Source of the DNA: Eledone cirrhosa
Lineage: Eukaryota
Direction: 5' to 3'
Assembly (NCBI GenBank): GCA_964016885.1
Contig: OZ024743.1
Location: 302,126,001-302,190,000 of the forward strand
Length of the DNA: 64,000 nt
Positions 53,084 to 64,000 of the stretch are shown here, in pieces. Within the stretch, counting starts at the first letter, position 1; every line of letters begins with the position of its first letter. Under the pieces are notes generated by a model that saw nothing but the letters and a program-made list of their open reading frames with translations, had not been told where the DNA came from and did no database searches. A program made the translations under genes and the position numbers.

Positions 53084-56000
53084 CTTATTGTAATCCAGTG
53101 CGTGGTTAAGATACCCAGTTTCACGGACGGTTTCAACGTACGGTCAGGGGTAACTTCACAAGTTTGTAAGAATCACGTTCAATCTTGGAGTGTAAAGGAT
53201 AAAAGAGAAAACACAGGTAAGCATTAACAAAAGGATTATATCCAGGTATTTAGGACCGTTTCATTGGTAAGTTCAACCTTATATTGCTATACTGCAAATA
53301 TCAGCCACTCAATAATAATTGATGTACACGTCCAAATTTTCAAAATAGTGAATAAGTTACTCTTAACAAGTTCTTAATATATATATATAGAAAACATTTT
53401 TTGGAATTGTATTTGCTAGTATAGAGAGAGAGGAGAGGAATTAGAAAGTGGAGGGACAAAGGGAGTAGTATAGAGAGATAGGAAGGGGGAGAAGCATTAG
53501 GAAGTAGGGTGACAAACAGAGATGGAGGGAAGGGGAATATGTGGAAGGAATCTTTGGTCAGTTTTGATATATGTAGACATGATCACGTTGATTTAGATTG
53601 TAGTGAGTTAAAGAGAATTAAATTATTTATTGAGGGAGGGATGGAGTGGGAGAGAGAGGGTATATATATATATATATAAATAAATAAAATAAAGAAGGGG
53701 GGCGGAGAAAGAAGTGAAGAAAATACATGAAAAAAAGGAGACAGAAGAAAGGAAGAAAACAATAAGAAATAGAAAAGGAATGAAAAGGGGAGGGATACAA
53801 GTATTTTTTTTTGCGAATAATTAAAGGGGTTGTATACAATAAGAGGGTAGAATGTCTAAGTATATGAAGTTTGTCAGGTGGTAGTAAGAGGTTAAGGGTT
53901 CGATTTGCACTTGTAGTGCGAACACTTTTCTTTGAGTCTATGGTTACAATAAATCGATCTGTCGATTTTATTGTTGAGTAACTTATTCTTCGAACTGAAA
54001 ATGTGGAACAGCTCAATGTCACATAATCGACAGCTTCACATAACACTCCGATATGGGGGCGCGTTCGATAATTTTGTCCACTTCAGAGTGTACTGATGGT
54101 TACTTTCCCTCAGTTGCCATGTCTTGTTCGCAATTAAACATTCCCGATGCCGAGAATGTTTAATTGCGTATTGGTGTGTATACCAACGAGCTTTAAATGT
54201 ATTCCCAGTCGCTCCGATGTAATACCATTTCTGATTGTCTGATTCCACTGTGCATTGGTAAACCAGGTTAGACTGCATACATTCGTTATGTAATGGACAG
54301 GTTTCAGGTGTGTGGCAATTACAATTCTTGTCATGGGTAACCTTGGCATTATTAGTGGGCTGCGATGCCTGTGTGTTACGTCTTGTTTGCCTCTTAATGG
54401 GTGGTTGTGTATTAGATATTATGTTGTGTTCAATGGTAATTGTATTATTATTGTTATCAATTTGTGTTCTGGTGTTGCCATGTATCTTTTTAGCGTTAAG
54501 CATCTTAATGTTTGCCTCTATGTTTGGTGCCGTGGAGTAAGCTACTCTAACAGATTGAGTGTTAAGGATTTTGCTGTATCTATGTGAATCTGGAAAGTGG
54601 TTATTTATTATTCTAAAGAAGGTATAGGATAGGTTAGTACTAATAGAGCTGTTAAAAATGGGGTTATACCAAATATATTTTCTACTGCGTGACCTGCATG
54701 ATTTTGATGTTGTATTTCTATTTTCATTACAATGTGTAGTTCTATGCGTAAATGTGTGTGTGCGTGTTTCTGGAGTTTGTTTTATGCGTGTTCGTGTGTG
54801 CTTTGCAGAGGTTTTCATCTATATATTCTACTCTATCTAAGTGGCCTGCCTTGTTTAGTGCGGTATTGTAGTACTCTGCATGATCCTGGAAGATTTGGTG
54901 GTTGGACGAGAGGCGGGATATCCTAAGGGATATGCTGCGTGGAACGGATTTAATCATGGATAGTGGGTGGTTCGAATTACAGTTGATGTATGCTAACTTT
55001 TCATTAATCTTGTGAAAGTGTCTTATAAGTCTCGTATTTAGGTTAAGCGTCGCGTCTAGAAAGTTAACTATTTTAGTGCTATATTCATACGTTATGCTAA
55101 GGCCTAGTTTCCCGATAGTCTTTCTAATATTCTTACGCAGTCTTTCTATGCTCTAGTTATTTAGGTTCTTAACTAGGAGAAGGGCGTCGTCTCTGTAGAT
55201 TCCACCGTGGAGGTCGCTAAACGCCCTCTGTAAATTATGGGATATGTAAATACCTACTAAATCTTTGACTTGAGCCGAGTCATTAGCCCCCATCGTGATG
55301 TCAAAGTTATTTAATCTATCCTTACGTTCCCAATAGGCGTTTTCAAATTTAATTATTGTTTTCCTAGCAGCTAATATAATGTTTATTCGTCGTCTGTTAG
55401 GTCAGAATTGTCTTTGGCGAATGTTAAGGCTTTATCCAAGCTGTTGGAAGATATAGAGGAGTAATAGTCGTTAATATCGAATTGTATAAACTTAGATACT
55501 TTTTTGTTAGCTATATTGTTAAACCATTTCATTGTTTCGGTAGTGTTACACCATAGTTTAATTACTAATTTATTCTTCATTTGGGCTATCACTATGTCTA
55601 ATATATGTTTACTAATTTTCTCAATGTCCGATTTGGACGGGCATATAAGTCTAATTGTGGGGTTATAATCAATATTTACCTCATGGTCCTTGAGATTAAA
55701 TGTAGGGGTACATGGCCTAAGTGGCTCCGTTCTGTCCCCTATTCCTAGGCGTTTGACTATATTGTGTGCCTCGTTGTTGATGTTTATCAGTGCCGTCTCG
55801 TTAGTTTTTTTTTGTATTTCCTATGTAATTCCTTAGTATGAAGCTATTGTATTTATTAATATCCATCGTATACACATTTGAACTTTTGTCCGCTTTGACA
55901 ATAATTCCATTCGTGGTTCGCAGCTTTTTTTGGAATGTATTCATGCCATTCTGGAGTTTATCATTCCTCCGCTTTTTGAATTTGATATTCATAATCATGT

Positions 56001-57406
56001 TCAGTAAGTCCTGTTCAAAAGCATCCACTTGAGGGTTGGTAAGTGGGTTCCTACATGATATGAAGCCGTATGTTTCCTTGTCGCATTCTACGGTGCGACG
56101 GTTACGTCCTTTGTCGAAATAAAAAGTTTTCCATCTAACCCGGCGTATGAAGTCGTTTGTTCGCTGTATCATCCCGAGGATATAATCCTTTCTCAAAGCT
56201 ATAGGAATGTTCTTTAGGGACATACCTATGTAATGCTTTTCCATAGTAGTACCGTATGTTCAGGTGGTTGCACGACCGGTAAGGAGCCTATAGTTAGGGA
56301 AGGAGAAAATTGCTTATTGTAATCCAGTTCGTGGTTAAGACACCCAGTTTCATGGACGGTTTCAACGTACGGTTAGGGGTAACTCCACAAGTTTGTAAGA
56401 ATCACGTTCAATCTTGGAGTGTAAAGGATAAAAGAGAAAACACAGGTAAGCATTAAAAAAAAGGATTTTATCCAGGTATTTAGGACCGTTTCATTAGTAA
56501 GTGCATCCTTATATATGCTACACTGCAAATAGCAGCCACTCAATAATAATTGTTGTACACGTCCTAATTTTAAAAATAATGAATAAGTTACTCTTAACAA
56601 GTTCTTAATATATAGAAAAACATTTTTTGGAATTGTATTTGCTAGTATAGAGAGAGAGGAAGAGGAATTAGAAAGTGGAGGGACCAAGGGGTAGTGTAGA
56701 GAGAGAAGAAGGGGGAGGAGAATTAGGAAGTAGGGTGACAAACTGAGATGGAGGGAAGGGGTATAGGTGGAAGGAATCTTTGATCAGTTTTGATATATGT
56801 AGATATTTGAATTATGTAGACATATATGTAGACATGTTGATATATGTAGACATTTGATATATGTAGATATATATTTAGACATTTTTTAAATATATATATA
56901 TATATATATATATTTATCTCTCTATCTCTCCCCCCCTCTCTCTCTCTTTCTCTCTCTCTCTCTCCATGCCACCCACTATAAACAATTTATTTCTCTTTAA
57001 CTCACTACACTCTAAATCAACGAGATCATGTCTACATATATCAAAACTGACCAAAGATTCCTTCCACATATATCCCTACCTCCATCTCAGATTATCACCC
57101 TACTTCCTAATCCTTCTCCCTTTTCTCTATCTCTATACTACTCAGTTTGTCACTCCACTTTCTAATTCCTCTCCTCTCTCTCTATACTAGCAAATACAAT
57201 TCAAAAAAATGTTTTTCTCTATATTTTAAGAACTTGATAAGAGTAACTTATACAGTATTTTGAAAATTTGGACGTGTACAACAATTATTATTGCGTGGCT
57301 GATATTTGCAGTATAGCAATATAAGGTTGCACTTACAAATGAAACGGTCGTAAATACCTGGATAAAATCCTTTTTTTAATACTTATCTGTGTTTTCTCTT
57401 TTATCC
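53084..57406 (-). mobile_element. Penelope-like element B (Naiad-like), full-length but disrupted, with direct and inverted pseudo-LTRs
   Basis: Direct repeats 53084-53620 and 56312-56805, inverted copy about 56980-57406, flanking an RT + GIY-YIG ORF. Confidence 0.92.
53890..56244 (-). pseudogene. PLE polyprotein (RT + C-terminal GIY-YIG endonuclease), stops and frameshifts
   Basis: SLKNIP..RVRWK, VKADKSSN, FIQFDINDYYSSI, GGIYRDD, CNCHTPETCPL..LVYQ..YIGAT. Confidence 0.9.
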
Positions 57407-57425
57407 TATATATATATATATATAT

Positions 57426-57504
<79 letters not shown>

Positions 57505-57509
57505 ATATA

Positions 57510-57590
<81 letters not shown>

Positions 57591-57629
57591 ATATGTGTGT
57601 GTGTGTTTCCCTGTGTATGCATTTATATA

Positions 57630-57660
<31 letters not shown>

Positions 57661-57799
57661 GCATATATATATATAAACATAAATGTCTGTATGTCTGTAG
57701 GCAATCGATGCATTTCCAGAGTTTACATCCGATTGGCTTCAAATTTGATACAGTGCTTATTTGGCCCCACGAGGAAGTCAAATTCTTTGTATTATGTAC

Positions 57800-59205
57800 T
57801 TTCGCACCGTCCGGTGCATCGAGAAGTAAGTAGTCGCCAACCATGGCGATTAGAGGCCATTTTTCGCTTCCGGGCCAAGTGATCTTCGTTGCCATCAGGT
57901 CTTTCCAAACGTTCATTGCCACGTAATCCTGAGAAAACCCCGCCTTCATTTGCTGTCAGGTGTTTTCGTGTGTCGTTCATATGGCGGGCACAGAATATGG
58001 CCAGCCAGGTTGTACCGGTGCTATTTGACCATCCGTTGTAGCGTCCACGGCTTGCTTCTCCGCAGGGTTTCATCGTTTGGCACTCGGTCTCTCCAGGATC
58101 ATTCCCTCACTCCGCTGGTGGAAAGCGTTAAACCGTCTCTATCTTTGACGTGCACTACCGGGTTTTGCTCGCGTAAAGCATTGTCGGTAGCACCATGCAC
58201 TTGTATACTTACAGGTTGATCCTGGTGCTTATACATGAAGACGACCAGACTGAGTGCATCCGCTGGAAAACTGGCTCCTTTGATGATCCGATGATCCGAT
58301 GATCCGATAGCTGATGTTGACGTGTATGCCATTGCTTGCCAGGATGCTTCTTTGATAGGTGAAGTGATCAACTTATTCCAGGTCTTGTTGGTTGACTTTG
58401 ATCGCTGGACCTGTTTTGTAGGCTGTTCTCAGCACTTTGGTGTTTCTGGTGTTGATTCTCGTGCCGATCTTTGACGCACTGTCTTGCAGGATGTTGTTAG
58501 AGCTTGCACTTGTACTTTCTTCAGCGATGAAAGCAATGTCGTCGGTGAATGCGAGGACCAAATCCCGAAGCAGGAGACGAGAGATGCGATCAGCGACTTG
58601 AGGAACCACAAAGGAGGCGAACTGGATGAGAACTCTACACAATTGCTCAAATTTGGTGTGGATAGCAGCATAACGGCCTTGACAAATTTGAGGAACACTA
58701 CCGGAGGATTTGTCGGGTAACTTTTGAATGGCAACGCAGTGTCATCGTCAAACTGCCGAAGAAAGGAAACCTGGCCGACTGCAACAACTGGCTTGGTATC
58801 ACATTACTATCACCCCCAATCATTTCGTCGTTCTGCACTGTATTGCTGCGTCGACTCTGTGCTCATGGAAATAAAAACTGGCTTCCGAAACAATCAATCT
58901 TGCACCGAAGAGATCTTCACACAAGGCATCATCCTCGAAGAATGTATTGACCTCCAACAACCTTTGGCGGTCAACTGCTTTGATTTCCTAAAGGCATTCG
59001 AGAGTGTGCATCGAGAATCACCGTAAATGATCGCGCACTCGTTCGGTATTCCTGCAAGATTCATCGCTATTTTCAAGGTCCTGTATGCAAATTCCAGCTG
59101 CTCCGTGCGAACTGAGTCTGGTGTGACACAGTTCTTTGACATTGTCTCCGCTGCTGTTCTGTTGGCAGCCGAAGTACCTGGCTTTCGCCGACGACATCGC
59201 TTTTA
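57800..59205 (-). mobile_element. RTE-like LINE remnant with internal inversion
   Basis: Minus 57850-58560: LAFTDDIA..INTRNTKVL; plus 58560-59205: KLPKKGNLADCNNW, GFRNNQSC, DFLKAFESVHRE. Confidence 0.8.
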
Positions 59206-60337
59206 AATATTGCGTATCTGAGAGCTCTAGTTATATCTAAAGAAGGCCATGTTGAAGAGAGAGGGGGACTTAATCGACAGAGGCGAAGGTGGAGGAAGGG
59301 AGATGGAATAGCACTGCTAGTCTTAAAATAGACACAGGGGGTGGCAGGTCTTTATTGACAGAGCAGAATATGGAGGAGGAGAGAGTAAGAAAGAAAGAGA
59401 GAGAGAAAATGAAAGAAACAGAGCGAGAAAGAGAGAGAGAGAAATAGAGAGAGAGAAAGAGAGTGAGAGATATATATAGATAGATAGAGAGAGAGAGAGG
59501 GTGGGAGAGAGAGAGGAATAAAGGGACAGACAGGGTATCAGTGGAATTGTAACATCAGTCATAATAGGAGCCATAATATAAATGTGCTGGTGTTTGTAGT
59601 AGACAGCCGTAGTAGTAGTAGGAATACAGACAAATATTGTGTATTAGTGTGTGAGTGTACGTGTGAATGCGTGCGTGTGTTTGAATGTGCCTATGTATGT
59701 AAAAGAAAAGATAAAGAAGGGTTTGAAAGCGCACCTGGTATATATATATATATATCAAAACAGGCTTTCTTCGTTTCGGCATATCAAAATATTTTTTACT
59801 AGGAATATTTTCCACCCGTTAAATCTCTAATTTTGCCTTATAACAAATGTTTTGTTAATTCAAAACTGAGAAAGTCAGCTTTTTTTTACATGTTATTAAG
59901 ATCATTTATATATATATTCCAACTTCGATTTTCAAATACTTGTTTTTAACACTTTCCGTATATAACGTGAACTGTATCTATATATTTATATGTAGTTTAT
60001 TTCCTATGGCATTTGAACTTTTCAGACCAGCCCAATAAATTCAGTAATTTTCAAAACAAACTCAATTTCTTAATTTATTTTCCTCAATACCCACTCTCAC
60101 ATACACATAATGTCTACTCTCTCCTTTTCTGTCCTTCCATTAATAACTTCTCTACTCTCTCGACCATCTATTGCAAACATCAAATCCTCCACCCATAACA
60201 ATGGTCAAAGAATAAATGTTATAAATCACAACACACAGAGATAATGTGAAATCTTTAACTCCACTCCATCGCCTCTTAACACTCTCTACTCTCACACTCT
60301 ATGTATTTTATTATATTTTATTGTCATTCATTGTCAC

Positions 60338-60526
60338 GGGCGGTGGATTGGCAGTATCGGTTTGAGAGAGGGACACCATGCTTTGAAGCATAGAGTTACA
60401 TCCCTTTGTGATCTGAGTTCAATCCCGCCGAGGTTAACTTTGCCTATCATCCTTACGGGGTCGATAAAATAAAGTACCAGTAATACACAGTGTAATTGCT
60501 GGCCTTGTGCCAAAAGTAGAAACAAT
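60338..60526 (+). mobile_element. tRNA-derived SINE, near complete
   Basis: GGCGGTGGATTGGCAG head, GAGTTCAATCCC B-box-like, tail GCTGGCCTTGTGCCAAAAGTAGAAAC. Confidence 0.82.
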
Positions 60527-60998
60527 TATATGTTATTGTCCTCCTCACGAAAATCTCATGTCTGAGATCTACGGCGTAGAGAATAGTCACTTCCATAATT
60601 CTTTGAATGCTTTAACGAAATCTAATATGTGGATATCCTGTCACAAAAACAAAAGCACTTAACTCCTGATATCATTCGTTTACTGCATGGAGTTCTAAGA
60701 GCGTCGTTGAATCTAACATGGACAAATGCCCCCCCCCCCCATTGTATATATATATATTTGCTGCAAACGAACTACCCGTGTCCGAAGGAACCTGTAGCCG
60801 TAGAATCAGCCAGATCCATACAGTGATCATGTCTCGAAATACCTGCCGGCGAAAAAATTGTAACACGCATTAAACTGAGACCAGATTCATCACTCATTTT
60901 TCCTTTTTTTATACTATCCACACTCTGCTCTGTATGAATACTGAATGGTAATTTTGGCATACCGCCTGTGGAAGCACCATAGCTACCATTATACACAC

Positions 60999-61041
<43 letters not shown>

Positions 61042-61175
61042 TTCATTCCTTGTATTTTGATCATGCTTTATTTTTTATTTTATTTTATTTTTTTTCATTC
61101 GCACCGTTTCGTTTCGCTATATGTCTCTCCACCACTCCTCTACACACCCTTTGAACTCTGTTCCCACACACTTCT

Positions 61176-61208
61176 CACCTGAGGAAGGCCTTATGCCCGA
61201 AACGTCGT
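61176..61208 (+). ncRNA. Degenerate hammerhead-like motif
   Basis: CTGAGGA-AGGC-CTTAT-GCCC-GAA-ACGT-C; stem I only 2 bp. Confidence 0.4.
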
Positions 61209-61297
61209 CTCCCACCAACACCCCACTCTCCAGAGCGTGAAATTAATAAACATTCGTTGTACTGCCTCTCTGTTTTGTCCCTGTTCAAATTTTTCCA

Positions 61298-61373
<76 letters not shown>

Positions 61374-61388
61374 CCATATATATATATA

Positions 61389-61422
<34 letters not shown>

Positions 61423-61423
61423 A

Positions 61424-61473
<50 letters not shown>

Positions 61474-62097
61474 AAAGAATAGAGGTGTAACACACAAGTT
61501 ATTATGTATTGGTAAACGGAATAGAAAATGCTGACAAATTCTTCACAGTTGAAAAATGGTTTAATTAGGAATAAAAGAGTATTAGTGATTGTATGGGTTA
61601 GTATTCAGTTGCAGTTTTAAGTTTTTAAGTTTTTACCGGTTGCGCATTTCTAAATGCTTTTCAAAAATAATTTTGAGATAGAGTGTCCGTGCTGTTTGCT
61701 CTGATCTGATTAGTTTTGGAAATTCTACCTGTTTTTATGTTTAAAAAGTGGCTCCAGCGTTATTTTTGTGTTGCAAAAATGCTTGTGGTCAAAAGAATTT
61801 TGATTGGTCGGTAGAGGTCATGTGAATGTAAAAAGTTGATTTTGCGCCAAGACTGTTTTTATGTTAAAAAAGTGGCTCCAGCAAAAATTCTTGGTCAAAA
61901 CAATTTTGATTGGTCGGTAGAAGTCATGTGGATAAAAAATTGGTTTTGCGCCAAGATTGAGAAATGACTCTTTCACAACAAATATGTGTGTGTGTGTGTG
62001 TATGTGTGTGTGTGTCGTGTGTGTGTAGTAGTAGTAGTAAGGTGTTCGATGCTGCGACAATGGCCAGCAGCGATGTGTGTCAAATGGCTATTAAGAT

Positions 62098-62147
<50 letters not shown>

Positions 62148-62308
62148 CAGAATAATACGAAGGTCAGTAAGAATGTGTCTGAAAGCAATGGGGGGTATTT
62201 TCGCATGTCAAAAGATATTTTTCAGCTTTTGTCTTATATGGAGAAGTGCGTGTGTGTGTGTGTATAAGTCTCTTTGTATGTTGATGTACGCGTGTGTATG
62301 TGTTTGTG

Positions 62309-62349
<41 letters not shown>

Positions 62350-62844
62350 ACCAGTATGTTTTTCCCCCTGGTAAAATGGTGTACATTATTCGATTTTTTC
62401 AGTAAAATCGGTTCTCTTAATAGAACATCAAAAATCTTAACAATAAAAGGTGTGAAATGATATTCACTATATATATATACACATACATATATTCACTACA
62501 TATATATATATGGTGGCTGCCAACTCGTTTTCGAGTACGGCCACTACTTTATATCCATGTAGGAGAACCCCTACCGATGCGCTGAACGAGTGTGACTTTT
62601 TAGTCCAGCCAGCGACTTGAAAACTCTGGTACAAACACTACACTTGTGACAATTACTGACACATAGTGCTGGGCCCATGGTACCATGTGACGACAAGTGC
62701 AGAGAGATCTCCAGATATAAAGCAATGCCTGTGCCGTGAAGCTTTTATAGTGAGCAAAGGCACTGCACAAAGCCAGTCCCACTCTCTTAACCAAGATGAT
62801 ATTTACCAAAAAGAAGAACAAGTCAACATCATTGGATACCATCA

Positions 62845-63116
62845 GGGTTGCAGGTGTTATATCAGAGTTTTCCTTCTCCTAGAATTCTGCCTTGACAAAG
62901 GCTAAGGGGTCATCTCTCCCGGTGATTTTGGATGGCCATTGACTCTTAAGAGCTCCTTAGCCCTTTGACAGGTTTTGTTTTTAGTCCTGCAGGATGTCCA
63001 AAGTCACCCTCCTCACCAAGAAACCTTGGTGGGGTTGCCAGTTTAGTCGCCAACGACCCGACCATGGGACAGGTTGTACTGGGATACATGTTACCAGTAG
63101 CACCAACTGGTGACCT
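62845..63116 (-). mobile_element. Probable RTE-related 5' UTR or SINE fragment
   Basis: Minus strand CTAGGAGAAGGAAAACTCTGA motif, recalled from RTE 5' regions; not verified. Confidence 0.35.
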
Positions 63117-63284
63117 GACATATATATATATATATACATATATACATACATATATATGCACATATATTTTTTTGTATTGCACCATAGAGCATGTGTGTTT
63201 ACGTGTGTCATTGTGTTTATATGTGGGTAGAGATGTGTGCTGATGTAGGTATGTATGTTGACGTGTGTATGTTGTGGGTTCGTC

Positions 63285-64000
63285 TTAGGGAGAAGTGTTT
63301 AGACGGGGTCCGTATTTGTTAATGAAGTAAGATTCCTTGCTGATGCGCTGGGTGTGGGTGGCATTATCTTTAAATTTGTAGAGGGGAAAGATTCTGAATT
63401 TGGGATGATTTTGGGCGGCACAGGTATCAATGTGTTCACTCAGTGGTATTTTTCTGTATTCCCGTATTTTAATTTGGGATCTATGGACAGTCATGCGTTG
63501 GCGGAGGCTGATTTTGGTCTGGCCTATGTATTGTTCTCGACAACCTGAACAAGTTAATACATATATTAGATCTTCCGATGCACATGTGAAATTGTGTTTT
63601 ACTATAAAACGTTGTCCATCTTTGAAATAGAATTCCGAACCCTCTATTAGGTTGATGCAAATGCCACAGTTGGGTCTATCGTATTTGTTTACTGTGGGTT
63701 TCGTTGTTGTGGTTGGCAGTACTTTGGCATGTGTTAAGATGTTTTTCATTGACTTGGATTGTCTTTTGCTCTTTATGATATCGTGTGTTCGTAGAATTTG
63801 GTTCATTCTATGGTCCTTTTTCAATACAGGGATGTTCTGGAGGATGGTGTCAAAGGCCTCATTGTTGAGGGGGTTGTGTGTGGAGATGTATGGAAGAGCT
63901 TTTAGTTTTGGTTGATTTACTTTAGGGTGTCTAAGGTCCTGGGTACTGAGTTTTAGGGCACGTTGGATTCCATTGTCAATTAGTGATGCAGGGTAGTCCC
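63285..64000 (-). mobile_element. Penelope-like element C (Neptune-like), 3' end: RT C-terminus + GIY-YIG, open to the window edge
   Basis: CGICINL..FTCASEDLIYVLTCSGCREQYIGQT..LRQRMTVHR..ESYFINKYGPRLN. Confidence 0.88.

Noticed and set aside
54036-54038. In-frame TGA in the Naiad-like PLE as possible selenocysteine
   Set aside because: It lies two codons before CRLC rather than at a Cys position (M*SCRLC). CGA>TGA decay is simpler, and the ORF has other disruptions.
60772-60845. Possible minus-strand host exon (AG...GT)
   Set aside because: Weak donor, no recognisable protein and no partner exons.
61730-61950. About 120-bp local duplication
   Set aside because: Two diverged copies with no additional structure; ordinary.
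63030-63116. HDV-like ribozyme in the putative RTE 5' region
   Set aside because: A CTAA and a P2-like pairing are visible, but I could not build P1/P1.1 by eye.

Overview
Eukaryotic, AT-rich, repeat-saturated DNA with no recognisable host gene. The (TA)n/(TG)n/(CA)n microsatellites and the SINE family suggest a cephalopod (Octopus-like) genome; this is an inference. Conventional content: two degenerate Tx1/L1-clade LINEs stacked head-to-tail (1-10.3 kb, minus strand), a 2.1-kb non-coding LTR element with a tRNA-Trp PBS and 4-bp TSD, CR1-like and RTE-like LINE remnants, a Buster-type hAT transposon with 8-bp TSD, an internally deleted Helitron, tRNA-derived SINEs and three Penelope-like elements (PLEs). 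The main signal is a dense hammerhead-ribozyme (HHR) landscape read by eye. A near-identical 310-bp tandem array (13 direct plus about 4 inverted units, 45.3-50.5 kb) carries one type I hammerhead per unit. A sister ~320-bp repeat keeps the same scaffold but has a different U3-A8 hammerhead, and a third ~450-bp repeat also carries a hammerhead. Many fold-back insertions in (TA)n have their symmetry centre at or inside a hammerhead. Together they look like a set of non-coding retrozymes mobilised by neighbouring PLEs, with recurrent non-canonical core variants (U.U at 10.1-11.1, U3-A8, very long stem II). Ribozyme activity is not demonstrated. Most ORF-track entries are microsatellite artefacts.
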